Shown: positions 1 to 12,665 of the stretch, piece by piece
Layout of the letters: each line of letters starts with the position of its first letter
How positions within the stretch are numbered: position 1 is the first letter of the stretch
Source of the DNA: Callorhinchus milii
Taxonomy: Eukaryota
NCBI RefSeq assembly: GCF_018977255.1
Contig: NW_024704742.1
Coordinates: forward strand, 124,312,001-124,376,000
DNA: 64,000 nt
Reading direction: 5' to 3'
The notes under the pieces: model-generated
What the model was told of the DNA's origin: nothing
Databases searched by the model: none
What the model saw: only the letters and a program-made list of their open reading frames with translations
Program-made: the position numbers and the translations under genes

Positions 1-464
1 GTCTTCTAAATTTCTTCCGGAATTATTTTGCCTAGCTGACTCCCTTCTTGTCATCTAAAAACCTTTTTTTAAAAAATCTATCTCTTAACAATACTTTTTG
101 GTCAACATTGTCAAATCTTCTTATTTCCATGCTCAGAGTTACTGCAACAATTGTCAAGTGGTTTGAGATGTTATTGTATGTGAAAAGAAATATATAAAAC
201 CTGATTGATTACTCTGGTTGAACCAATGGTCTGCAACCTTGACATTCTACTTGACCCTGGGCTGAATTTTAACGACGCAGTTTTCTACCAACTGGGCTTT
301 TCTTCACTCCAAAGAAGTGTTCTATTTGCGTCCTGTACAGTTGGAGTCGTATCCAGACTCCAAGGCAGGTTTCGTCACCGTAATCACGGCTTCCTCATCC
401 GAGGAAGAAAAAGAACTTTCATTGCTGATGGAGCTCAGGTTGATATTTAGCAACATGTACAAAG

Positions 465-885
465 AAAGCCTAAAATCTAAAGCAAGATGATTAGAAATGA
501 GGTCAGGAACCATTTCTTCACACAATATAATATAATAGTTCTTGCATTTTGATATAGTGCATCATCACATCTACAAAGACTTCTCAAAGCGCCTCACAGA
601 ATATACTGTAAAGTAAATTGACTGTATATATTTTGTGGATGAAACACGGCAGCCAATTGCGCACAGCCATGTCCCACAAACAGTCATTGATTGAGTGACC
701 AATTAGACAGAATGAATATGGATGTTTAAAAGAGCAATAGATGGTTACAGTACTTGGTTAGTAGAGGTTTTAAGTATATGATGAAAAGGCGGAGCATAGA
801 GATTAAAAGGTTTGCCAAGATCAAATTAACTGGTGGAACTGGCTCAATGGTTATGAATGGCTACCTCTTCTCCTATGTTCCTATG
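465..885 (+). mobile_element. Degraded CR1 LINE 3' end, interrupted by a SINE at ~526-704
   Basis: GAGGTCAGGAACCATTTCTTCACACA before the SINE and a CR1-type terminus TCCTATGTTCCTATG at ~870-885, similar to the CR1 copy at 23772-24406. Confidence 0.6.
526..704 (-). mobile_element. Deu-type SINE, 3' half
   Basis: Reverse complement of the shared body GTTTGTGGGACATGGCTGTGCGCAATTGGCTGCC through the stem-loop tail and AT-rich end. Confidence 0.85.
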
Positions 886-2002
886 AATTCATAATACTGG
901 AACAAAATATCTACTTAGTCTTGTAAACTTTAAAGTAGTTGTAATTATATTTTTAACTAGAATTACATAGGATGATACTAAAATGTTACTAAAGACTATC
1001 TTATAATTAAGACTATTACTTCAATTACTTTATTTTAAGACATCCTCCCTACTTAAAAGACGCTATACAAATGTAATTTGTTGTTACTTTACTTATACTT
1101 CTGTGTGTCGGTATGTATTTTCTTATGATGTTTTTGCCAAAAGATGGGTAATTCTCCGTTTAGTAGCAAATCTTTTAACATGCTGAGAATGGGTTCACAA
1201 AAATAAGGGCATGACAATAAATTGGCCACTTGTGGTAATCAGGTCCGAATAACCCTCAATAAACCCAAATTACTTCCATTGTCTGCAAATCCTTAATTGC
1301 CATTGCCTCTTAACCTTTAATAAACCTCAGTGTCTATAAACAGCCAGGGAGGTACAGTATTTTGTGAGCAGTGCTTGGATTTTTAGGTAATGATTAATAG
1401 AATATTTTAGAGTAGTGAACTGTATATCAAATTTGTAGTGAAAGTTAGATATCTATATGCAGTAGCTTAAAGAAGGTATTAAATACAATTATGTAAAATC
1501 ATAGGAAAGAATATTTAAACAATCTGTAATAAAGTTACTTTTTTAAAATGAGAAATTGGTAGAAGAGTGAGTACGACTATGTTGGTCTACAAACATAGAC
1601 CGAATCATGTCATTTGTTGTCTTTGGTTGGACTTAAACTAATATATTAAGATGCGCAATGTTTTGGAATTGGATTGGTCTACATAAAAACGGGATCAGTC
1701 TTTTCTTCCTTTTACCTCAAGGTTATGAATTTGATCTCTTATGTTAATCTGACAAGATAACTGCTTCATCTGTTCTACGAGGGACACAAAACATCTCTCT
1801 ATCTTGTGGTACAGAACCTCTACTTGCCACTGTGTTTGTTATTAAAAAATGGACATTTTCATACATAAATCTTTGAGCAATGTTTTTTTAACAAATTTTC
1901 ATGCATACTTTAGGCACTGTATTTTTAAAAAGTAATGAATTTAAGAGATAAAATTAGCCACTGATTTTAAAACAAACATTTTCCTTTTTCAACTTTCTTT
2001 AG

Positions 2003-2211
2003 GTGCAGACAATATTCGAAAGTACTGGAGTCGATACTACCAAGGATCTCAAGGTGTGATATTTGTACTGGACAGTGCGTCATCTGAAGATGATCTAGAA
2101 ACTGCACGGAATGAGCTCCATTCGGCCCTTCAGCATCCACAGCTGCGCACTTTGCCATTTTTAATATTAGCCAACCATCAAGACAAGCCTGCAGCCCGTT
2201 CTCTACAAGAG
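2003..2211 (+). CDS. ARL15: Internal coding exon (209 nt) of ADP-ribosylation factor-like GTPase 15, equivalent to the penultimate coding exon
   Basis: Polypyrimidine tract and AG at 2001-2002; GTATGT donor at 2212. Translates (G)ADNIRKYWSRYYQGSQGVIFVLDSASSEDDLETARNELHSALQHPQLRTLPFLILANHQDKPAARSLQE, the Arf-family switch II to G4 region with the NHQD variant I recognise from ARL15. Not in the ORF track because it has no start codon. Confidence 0.95.
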
Positions 2212-3314
2212 GTATGTAAACAAGAATGATGCTCTGAGTATCAGAACTTGATGATGTCCATGGTGCGGCATGTTAACTGTGTATGTCTTTTCATCTCAAT
2301 CATTATTTCATGGAATTTGTAGAGAGTGATCAGTTTTGCTGTGTTGAATTTACTAACTACTGTACTTTAGAAAGGTGATGAAGTGCCTTTTAAAGTTAAA
2401 TGTTTTAAAAATATAGGCTATTTATTGACATTTTAAATTCATTTTTAAATGTATGTGGCCTGTAATTTCACCCAGTTTCGGCCTGCAGTTCCACCCAGTC
2501 TTAGCCTGCAATTTAAGATTCTACAGAATTATAGAAAATACTTAATCTCAAACCTAATTTGGAAGTCAGTTTTCTGCAGTTCTTGAAAGAATTGTCTTCC
2601 AAATAAAGAGTGGCTATAAGAATTTTCCAACAATTCTGTCCCACTTTAAATTTTAAGACAGTGATCTTACAAACTAAAACTGGGTGGAATGTTTTATATA
2701 TCTTTTATATTTACGGTAAATATATTTTAACCCTTTAAAATTCTCTCGCATTTCTTTCTCCTTACTCTAAAATGAAATTTGTCCTTAAATATCTCTGAAC
2801 ATATTAAGAAGTTTGAATATTACTTAATTCTGACTGTGGAGAATGCATGTCTGCTATAGACCAGCTACAGAATATTTCTTGTTCTAAGAGTTTTTGTTAG
2901 TTATTGGAGCATGATGGGCACCTATTGAGAATAGCATCTTAATTCTCATCTCACTTAAAGGTTTATTAAACTACATGCATTAGTGATCGATCTATTTTCG
3001 TTCTTTCACAGACGCAAATATTAAGGTGCATCCTTTTGCCTAAGATTGTTGTTTGCTTTGTGTCAAGCCATTCTGCTAGGAAGATTTATCACAACTTCCT
3101 ATTTCTTCCATCATGCAATTGGAATGAAAGAGGTTTATTAGCTTAAGTACTGTTCCTAAATTGATAGTTTCCTTTGGAAACCAATGATACCACTTAGAAA
3201 TTACATAGATAGGAGGGAGGTTATGGAGAGATTTGAAACCAGGATAAGGATCTTAAAATTGATCTTCTGAGGAATTGGAAGACAGTGGATCTTAGTGAGG
3301 ATGGGATTATGTGT

Positions 3315-3530
3315 CTTTCTCCCAGGGTCTCGGCCAACATTCCCCCAAATAAAATTGGTCATTAGTTTCATTGCTACTTGTGAGACATTGCTGTGCACAA
3401 CTGATAGCTGCGTTTTGCCCACAAAATATAGTCAATCCACTTCACAATATATCCTGTGAAGTGCTTTGAGACATCTCAACAACATAATAAGGCGGAATAT
3501 CAAATGCAACCATTATTGATTATTATTATT
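3315..3530 (+). mobile_element. Deu-type SINE, 3' half (diverged)
   Basis: TTGTGAGACATTGCTGTGCACAACTGATAGCTGCG...GTGAAGTGCTTTGAGACATCTC...ATCAAATGCAAC followed by (TTA)n. Confidence 0.8.
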
Positions 3531-4152
3531 CCATAATGCAGCACCTTAGCATAATAAATTGTGAGTTTGTGTTACAGTTTGTGTTACCCACTGACTCTTT
3601 CAGTACAAGCACATCCTCACCTGGAGTTGTTGCCTTGTATTCCTCCTTTCCCTACTGAATGAAGCTGCGTGATGATAATGCACATTGATGGTTTAGGGGA
3701 AGGAGGAAGAGGCTAAAATGTAAATTTTGATTCTACAAGCCGGGTTTATTTTTAACATGTAACAAAATGTTCTTGGTTATGATGCTCATTGCCATCTGTT
3801 CAGAAAGAAAGTTTTAAAAAAACACAGCAAACCATGTACGATGCATAAAATAACAGATGGTCTGCTGGTTTACTAGTTTATGAAGTCCCTCGTTGGTTTG
3901 AGGCTAAATTATTTTTTAAAATGCGTATTTTGAGAAAGGCCAGTAAAAATGATGTGATTACACAAAGAGGTTTCTCATCACTTTGGTTTCTTCAGCGCTA
4001 TCTATGGGAAGAGTATACCTGGTTATTTTTCTTGTTTGCATATATAATATATATATATGGTAATCTATCTTTTGAAGATGGTCATTACATTGTCACATGT
4101 TTGCATATGTTTATTATTATTATTATTATTATTATAATGACCATTATTATGA

Positions 4153-6125
4153 AGCCAAGTCGTCCTTCTACTCCAGGATAATCCTGGAGGCGAAGAACAA
4201 CCCCAGGCTACTGTTTTCTACCACATCCTGACTCCTCCGTCCCCCTCGCCACCCCGCGCAGGTCATCTCCTCCAACCTTCACTGTGAGGAGATGCTGGAT
4301 TTCCTTGAATCCAAAATCAAGGGAATCCGCTCCGCGGTCACTTCCCCTCCAACATCCACCCACCCCCCACCCCCTCCCTCCCACACTCCGACTCCTACCC
4401 ATCCTCCCCTACACACTTTCGTACCCGTTTCCCCACCCTCTGTCACCAAACTCATCCTATCCCTGAAACCTACCACCTGCTCCCTTGACCCCATCCCCAC
4501 TCCAAACCTTATCTCCCAGCTCCACCTCCTTGCCCCACATATCACAGACATCGTCAACCTGTCCCTCTCCTCTGGATCTGTTCCCATTCCCTTAAAAACT
4601 GCCACCATCACTCCCACCTTGAAAAAACCCTCCCTTGATGCGTCGCAGCTATCAAGCTACCGGCCCATCTCCAACCTCCCCTTCCTGTCCAAGGTCCTTG
4701 AACGAGTTGTCGCCTCCCAGCTGCGCTCTTTCCTCTCCATCCATTCATTATTCGAACCCCTTCAGTCGGGTTTCCGTGCTGCCCATAGCACAGAAACTGC
4801 CCTGGTCAAGGTCACCAATGACATCCTGACCATCTGCGACCAGGGCTCCCTCTGCCTCCTCGTCCTCCTCGACCTATCGGCAGCATTCGATACGGTCGAC
4901 CATGCTATCCTCCTCCACCGCTTGTCCTCCCACCTCAACCTTCAAGGCCCTGTCCTTGAGTGGTTCAGGTCGTACCTCTCCCACCGTCTTCACTTTGTTT
5001 CCACGAACAGTTTTTCCTCCGGCCCCCACACTGTCTCGTTGGTGTCCCTCAGGGCTCTGTCCTCGGTCCCCTCCTCTTCACCCTCTATATGCTCCCCCTT
5101 GGTGACATCATCCGCAGACATGGGGTTAACTTCCACATGTATGCGGATGACACCCAACTCTACCTTTCCTCCTCTACCCTCAACTCCACGACCACCGATG
5201 TCCTGACAGCTGCCTGTCCGACATCGAGTCCTGGACGAGAGACAACTTTCTTCAGCTCAACGTGCGTAAAACTGAGGCCCTCCTGATTGGCTCACGTCAG
5301 CGCCTCCGCACCTCAGGCGCTGACAGCATCAGCATCCAAGGCTGCACTCTCCACCTCTCAAAGCCAGTCAGGAACCTCTGTTCTGTTCGACCCTGAGCTG
5401 TCCTTTCTCCCTCATATCCGCGCCACAACTGGCACCGCCTTCCATCACCTCCGGAATATCGCCAGACTACGGCACTACCTCACCCCTCACGCTGCTGAAA
5501 CTCTGGTCCACGCCTTTATCACCTCAAAGCTGGACTATGGGAACTCTCTCCTCGCCGGCCTTCCCGGCACCTCCCTCCACAAGCTGCAGGTCATTCAGAA
5601 CTCTGCAGCTCGTGTACTGTCCCGCACCAGGCTTCGGGACCACATCACTCCCACCCTCGCTCGCCTCCACTGGCTCCCCATCCCCCAGAGGATCGAATTC
5701 AAGATCCTCATCCTCACCTACAAGGCCATTCACGGCCTTGCTCCCTCCTACCTCTCTGACCTACTATCCCCCTACTTACCTGCCCGTACCCTCCGTTCCT
5801 CTGGCTCCGGTCTGCTCCACATCCCCCGCCCCAACCGCCCTACCATCGGTGGCCGGGCCTTCAGCCTCTCGGCCCCTAGGCTCTGGAACTCTATCCCCCA
5901 GTGCCTTTGCCTTGCCTCCTCCCTTTCCTCCTTCAAGGCCTTTCTCTTTGACCGTGCCTTCAGCTCCCCTCTCGACTCTCTACCCCCTCCTCGCTCCCTC
6001 CCTTCCCTCCCCTCACCCTGACCATTTCCCCCCTGCTCGAGTCCTGACCCAACTGTACAGCGCCTTGGGACGTCCTCCCGACGTGAAAGGCGCTCTATAA
6101 ATAGAATCTTGTTGTTGTTGTTATT
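4153..6125 (+). mobile_element. L2-clade LINE, 5'-truncated, young, with frameshifted ORF2 reverse transcriptase
   Basis: ORFs 4292-5206, 4960-5286 and 5287-6021 together give [62 protein letters not shown] and LHWLPIPQRIEFK. The 3' stem-loop AGCGCCTTGGGACGTCCTCCCGACGTGAAAGGCGCT is followed by a (TTG)n tail. Confidence 0.95.
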
Positions 6126-9007
6126 ATAAATACACAAATGGTTGCTCCCATTTTATCAGAACCCCCTTTTTTAAAAAAACTGCAGAGTCCCAGTTTAGAT
6201 TTGAAAGCATAATATTGTACAGTAAAGTGCTTCCTTATTAAACTTGACTGCTGCAATGTATGCCTAGAATGACTTTATAAATGATGTACTCTATACAAGT
6301 ATCCCAGTGGGACGAGAGATAAACTTGTGCCACACCACAAAAGAACAGAAAAGAAAAGACTGCGACCAAATACTTAATTTTGACAGCACTTTTTTTCTGC
6401 TTTTACTCTTCAGCCGAATTTATGCAGCAGAATGACTTAAATAAAATGAATTTGTGAAACATGAAATGTGTGACATTCACATAATTTATTTGTGCAATAA
6501 GTGGTGTCCAGTGCATCCCAGATTAATGAGGATTCTTTTATTCCACTAATGTGAATTCAGGGTCAGGCAACAGTGGTGACAAAGGAGCAAAACCAGGGGA
6601 ATAAAACTGAGGCATATCTGTTCGAATTGTTTGGATGGTGTACAAGGAGGACTAAAGTAACTTGGAGAAAGGGTTCATAGATTGTGATACCTGCGTATGA
6701 AAGATGCATTAAGGAATAATTTGGTTTGACCTACATTAATTATAAATAAATATATCCTTACCTATGATTGCTATTAATATGGAGCCAAAGGTGGATTTTA
6801 CCTGAAATGGAAGTTCAGTGGGACCAACCAGAATTAATAAGATATTGTGATAATTTACAATATGTATCCTTTTAGTACCTCAAAGACAAAACCAAATTAT
6901 TAAATCCTAAATCATTTTGTTGTTTTCTATCACAACTGCACACAATATGCATCTTGAAGAGAAGACGATTGGCATGTTTAAAAGGCTGAGAATTCCTGCC
7001 ATACAAACTTTATCTAAGCATGAGCAAATGTACTGAGTGATGTGTATGTCTGCGCTGTTCACATGCAAAACTATGCGTGACATTCTTGTGGAGGCTGTTC
7101 TTGAAACGGAATCGGTTTTATTTTGCAATAAGTTAACCAAGCAGATAGATGAACATTCATATAATAGTAGCTGTTGAATTTCCTGCCAGGTTAACTTTAG
7201 GGACTATCATAAATTAACGAAAGTTTTATGATGTGTATAATTAGTTCTGCTCAGTTGTATTATGCTTTGAAGGAAAGAGAAGGGAAATAGGTACCCCTAA
7301 CAAAAGCCTTTGCAGTCAATTTATAACATCAACAGTGTTCTTGAGCAGTTTGCCTATTACTGGAAAGATTGGATGATGTATTTACTTCATGAAGTTTTGT
7401 AAACCTTGCACAGGTGGTCAAAATGCCATCAATCAGAGGTGTTTTAATGGATGCAACATAACTATTTTAGCACCCAATTAATTTTCTCTCAAACACAACA
7501 GAGGTGCATATTAGTCTGTAAAACATATGTATGCAACCATTTCATAACCACCCCTGCTTTCCTGCTGGCTGTGTGATTTGAAAAATATTTTAAGAAAGTG
7601 CATGCGGGAAGTTCGATTGTGTAGCAAATTGCTTATAGCATGTGTTGTTCTGCAGGATTTGTGCTTTCACTCATGATTCTTTGCACCTGAAGTTCCAGAT
7701 TCTAGCCCAACTTTCTGAGGAAAGTATTAAGTAGGAATGAGAGCCAGTGTCACTTTTCCTATATCCTACCAGCTGTTTGCATTAAACCATGGAAGGAGGC
7801 CTCAGACCAAATCTCTAACCTGTCCTTGCACAAAATGTACTTGGAGCAATACAAAATGTAATTTGTTTTTGTTGACCTGGTTTCTCTCCCCCTCACAATA
7901 AACTTAGCCAATGTGTCTTTTTCATCCTTCAAGAAATAAGGAATCAGGCATTTAGTTCTCAAATAAAAAAAAACATTTTGGGTTTCTAATGTAAAATAAA
8001 ATAAAATGTAAAATAAGCATTGGGCTATTGCAACACAGAATTGTGAATCAGTACTTTGTGGTGGTTGACCATATTACATGTAGTATCCAACAGAACAATT
8101 AATTAGGAATCCATTGAAAGTCCATGTAAAATAAATGGAATGTCATGAGGTGTGCAAAAAAAATTATTAACTCTTGGGATGACCGAATTTTTAATCTCTT
8201 TATCGATTCGGCTAGAAATTGGAAACATTTATTTTGTGACAAATTTAATTCCTTATATATGACCAATGTGATGATGCTGACTCAGGTAGTTACAAAGCCA
8301 AGTAGACTTTAATAAAATTAGACCTTCCCTCATCAAACAGGGTCCTTTTGAAAATGGAAACCTATCTGTAAAATGAAATTTGTTATTGGAATAATTTTCA
8401 AAATAAATCTTAGATTTTCTCGAAACATGACCGGTGATTTCCTCTTATCTTCTGGGTTCCGATGAATAAAAAGCAAGCTTTGTGAAGCCTGTGATTTGTG
8501 CACATATCTAAATAATGCATTCTGTTAGAAAGCTAACTTCAGTTTTGTATAATATGAAATATTAAAATCAAATATTTCAGTAATTCTTTTTAACATTCAT
8601 TAAATTCAAACTACCCATTTACATATTTAAGCATGTTTACTTCATCAGATGCTTTCATTAGGTGTTTTACAAAACAAATAAGCAGTCAAGTAACTGCCAT
8701 GGCAAAATACATGTACATCTACTATAGTGTTTAGAACCCTAAAATCTCTTAGTCTATTACTTTGATATGTGTTTTTAAATGACTGACAACATTAGAGCAA
8801 CAGCATTAAACTCACACAGTTCTTATTCTTAGTTGCGAGAAACAGCACCTACAGTACCACAACATACTTGTGGGATATTCAGCTATTAACACGCAATGCA
8901 CAGGCTGTGACTGGAGCTGAGCAAGCAGTACAACCAGTAATGGCACTGCACAAAATCTAAATGTTCTTTAGTATAATTATTTTTGGGGGGAACATCCTGG
9001 TGTTCCA

Positions 9008-9091
9008 ACACATGCGGAAACCCATCACCATGCTTAAGGGTGTATATTTGGTTTGGATACTCTTAAGCATGGTGATGGGTTTCGCATGTGT
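9008..9091. repeat. Near-perfect hairpin, ~35-bp stem and 13-nt loop
   Basis: 9008-9043 ACACATGCGGAAACCCATCACCATGCTTAAGGGTGT pairs with 9057-9091, with one bulged G and two G-U pairs on the + strand. Confidence 0.9.
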
Positions 9092-9887
9092 CATACACCC
9101 GGCTGACCAAAAAAACAAAAAGAAATGTATAGAGAAGCAATTATCTCTAAATCCTCTGTAATGAAGGTACTGTTCCGGGTGGCGTGTGTGGGAAAGGATT
9201 GCTCAATAACTGTTCCTTAGCAACGAGACACCATTCAGCTATCTTGTAGTGCCGCTGGCTTTGGGATCAGTTCAGCAATTTCATGTGTTGATGCTTGTTT
9301 TTTTAAACTCGGGTGGTTGTTGTCTGTTGTAGTTAGTGGTGAAAGAAAGGGGTCAAACAGGAAAATCTTATCAATGATGACAAATTGTGTGTGAGTGCAC
9401 AGGGATATATATTCCAAAGAGATTTCTAGAAGTTAGAAGCAGGTGAATAGGTCTTTAATATTATGAAATACAATATAATTCCTAGAACTGCATTTTTTTA
9501 AGTAGAACTATACCTGAGGGGATGATGGTTGAATGGGTGTTGAGATATCTGTCACATTATGTGGCAATGATTGCCAAACTAAACAGAATGCTGAGCTGAA
9601 TAGATCAATCTTTGAATATTGCTTCCTTTGAAGTATGTATTGCTCTAGAGGATTAGTGAGACCAGACTGAGCACTGACGTATGAATTACACAGGCTTGTG
9701 TATGCAGAATGTGCCATCTTCTTGACTTATGAGAACTCGTAAAATGATAAACAAAAGACAAATGAAGGGATGGGGTTTGGAAGCACATAAGGGAGTTGAA
9801 ATAAGACTTTAATTCATTTTGTTTTCAAAAAAGACAAGTTTATTGTACAGAGGAAGACATGGTGCTCTAAAACAATTGTGTAAAGCA

Positions 9888-10030
9888 CAGGGGATTAACC
9901 AGTGTATCGGCCTTTCACCTCTGGAACCTGGATTTGAATCTAGCACAGAGTGATGGGGTGAAGGTCTCCTGTCTCTGTCAGTCTGTGTCCTAAGTAAAAT
10001 GCATGCGGACAATCTTAACTCGTTCCAATG
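9888..10030 (+). mobile_element. Ancient tRNA-derived SINE relic resembling the LF-SINE 5' region
   Basis: GCCTTTCACCTCTGGAACCTGGATTTGAATCTAGCACAG resembles my recollection of the LF-SINE head (GCCTTTCACCTCTAGGTCGCTGGTTCGAATCCAGCCCAG), including a degenerate B box. Confidence 0.5.
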
Positions 10031-10208
10031 TTAGCACAGGACTCATAATTTAACACAGATTAGTACAAAATCGGTAGCTCCAAACTACCTGGTGTGGGAA
10101 GCAGAATGTATATACTTGTGCAGTCCAGTTGCTCTTCGATTTAAGCATTTTGTTGGAGCACAATATATTGACATTGTTTTAAGAGTTTTGCTTGCTAAAG
10201 ATTTTTCT

Positions 10209-10283
10209 TTAACGCCTTTCACGTCAGGGACGTCCTCCTGACGTGAAAGGCGCTTTATAAATGGAATCTTGTTGTTGTTGTTT
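10209..10283 (+). mobile_element. Solo L2 3' tail; a second tail lies at ~10505-10552
   Basis: GGGACGTCCTCCTGACGTGAAAGGCGCTTTATAAATGGAATC(TTG)n matches the end of the L2 at 6058-6122. Confidence 0.8.
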
Positions 10284-12050
10284 AAAGTACCATATATTTG
10301 AATAGGAACTTGATTTTTTTATGGTATAATAATTTTGGGAATCGTTTGATTCACAGTGCAAATTGTACACTGTGTGAGCATTTGTGGAATTCTTGCAACA
10401 TTATGATGCCAGACAAGTATTTCTTGTGTATAAAATGCATTTTATACCTTCCTTTTGTGCTGATAATGTTCGTTGCTCTGATCCTGTATATTATCACAGT
10501 ATCACACCCTCCTGACGTGAAAGGCGCTCAATAAATGTAACTTTGTTGTTATATATTCTAACTAATTGGTTTTAAATGCAATTATATTTCTGTATTCTCT
10601 AGGTCTGGTTTGTGGGCTGGTTCTAATCTGTGCAACTGTCAATACGGTGTATATATTTAGTACCCAGTTTACTAAGATTGTTGTATTCAATACGTATTTA
10701 TTTATTTCCTTTGGTGATGACATTTTCCCATTGGTCCTTCATTATTCAATTGCAATGTTATACCAGTTAATAACAGGGAGAGCAATGCCTATACATCAGC
10801 TTCTGCCAGTATCCAAATACTGGCTGAGTTGAATATGCAGACGACAAAAGTTAAATATATTTATTTAGGCATTACTAAAAGAATATAGAATACCTTTTCG
10901 TACAGATTTTCTTGTTAATCATAAAACTGGTACAATTGAAGATGTTTATAGTATATATTGAACATTTTATTGAATCAGAATTGCTGCCCCCCAAAACCTT
11001 TCCACACGATCATGTATATCTTCTATCCTAAGTTGTCATAGGTTTTATTTGACCTTTCGCTTGCACTGTACTACCTCTACTACAGTGAGTGTGTCTGTCA
11101 CATAATAAGTAATATTTTTGAAAAAAATGTTTAGTCTACATTACAAGGAATAATAAATGTGGATTTAAAGCTATAATTCAATCCTGAGTCTCAGTTGATG
11201 TTCATAAGCCATGAGAGCTTTGTTCACGGTGTGGGACTTAAGACTGGCTGAATTGTATTACACCACTGCAAGTCTACCAGCTGGTATTGTTTCTGTATAT
11301 GTTGTACAGTATGAAGATAAAAACCATTCCATTGGTTAACATTTTCATTTTTCTTATATAGATTGAAGTTTCAGGCGTAGAAGGTGAAATTTTACCTGTA
11401 CTTTCAGGGGAAGGTATGACCCGTAGAAACAGATTGTCTGAGCGCTGACATCTCAGCCCTAAAAAAGCTTCATTTTCCCTTTTATTTTAATTTGACCTTC
11501 CCGTTTGATGTTTTTGGTAAATCTGTGAGAGCATTAATCTTCTAACACGCGGTACTATTTTTTTTTATTAACAGTAACCGTTATTGCTTTGATTAAATCT
11601 CTGTTCTTTACTTGGCAGCAGACAATAGAGATAGCAACTTTTCACTAAGCTTTTAGTGCTGTTCAACTGACGGAGGTATTGGAACTTGTTCTTTGTGCTG
11701 GAAAAACCTTGGAACATTTTAATTATTTTACCCTTGGGCATCTTTGTAAAACAGTCAGATCATTAATGTTAAATCCTATCTATGGTCTTATCCCACGTCA
11801 AATAATATAATAATAATAATCTTTGCATGTGACGGAATAGGTTTGAAGACTTGTATCATTGTAATAGTGGTGGATGATACTCATTGAATGGTGCTGAAGT
11901 GTAGGTATTGTGATAATTTTAAAGTGGATGGCTCTATTTGCTATTTTTAGCGACCTTGTACAACAGCTCTAGAAATACACATCTTTACTTTGGCAAGACA
12001 GTGAAGGCTACCAAAATGTGTTTTGAATGAAATGATTGGAACACAATCAT

Positions 12051-12665
12051 TAATAATGATAATAATAATTCTTGCATTTGACATAGCGCTTTTCACGTCT
12101 TCTAGACGTCCCAAAGTGCTTCACAGAATATACTGTAAAGTGAATTGACTGTATATTTGTGGGTGAACGCGGCAGCCAATTGCACACAGCAATGTCCCAC
12201 AAACAGTCATGGATTGAAAATGACCAATTTATTATTGTTTTTTAATAATAATAATCCTTGCATTTGATATAGCGCTTTTCACGTCGGGAGGACGTCCCAA
12301 AGCGCTTCACAGAACACACTGTAAAGTGAATTGACTGTATATTTGTGGGCGAACGCGGCAGCCAATTGCGCACAGCAATGTCCCACAAACAGTCGTAGAT
12401 TGAAAATGACCAATTTATTATTGTTTTTTGTTTTTTTGGAGGGATTATTATTAGGTGTGTGGAGTAAGGAAACTTGTCCAAGATTTCGCCCTGCCTGGAA
12501 TTGAACTCAGGTCTCTCACTTATAAAGTGAGTGCTCTAACCATTGAGCTACAGCAATTTAATAATAATAATCCTTGCATTTGATTTAGCGCCTTATTACA
12601 TTGTTGAAATGTCTCAAAGCGCTTCTTGTAGTAGAGTGGATTGACTGAATTTTGTGGGTGAAATT
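12051..12665 (-). mobile_element. Three tandem SINE copies (~12051-12242, 12243-12553 with tRNA head, 12559-12665)
   Basis: Three successive (AAT)n-CTTGCATTTGA tails. The middle copy extends to the head (reverse complement CTGTAGCTCAATGGTTAGAGCAC). Confidence 0.9.

Noticed and set aside
1967..2158. Minus-strand 63-aa ORF overlapping the ARL15 exon
   Set aside because: It is the antisense shadow of the real coding exon.
2173..2184. G4 motif reads NHQD instead of NKxD
   Set aside because: As I recall this is the normal ARL15 sequence, so it supports the gene call and is not a novelty.
4208..6137. Multiple long overlapping ORFs on both strands, also at 55683-57191, as possible host genes
   Set aside because: They are L2 ORF2 pieces or their GC-rich alternate and antisense frames.
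12051..12665. Recurrent similar units suggestive of a CRISPR-like array
   Set aside because: The units are SINE copies of 100-300 bp without regular unique spacers, the context is eukaryotic, and there are no cas genes.
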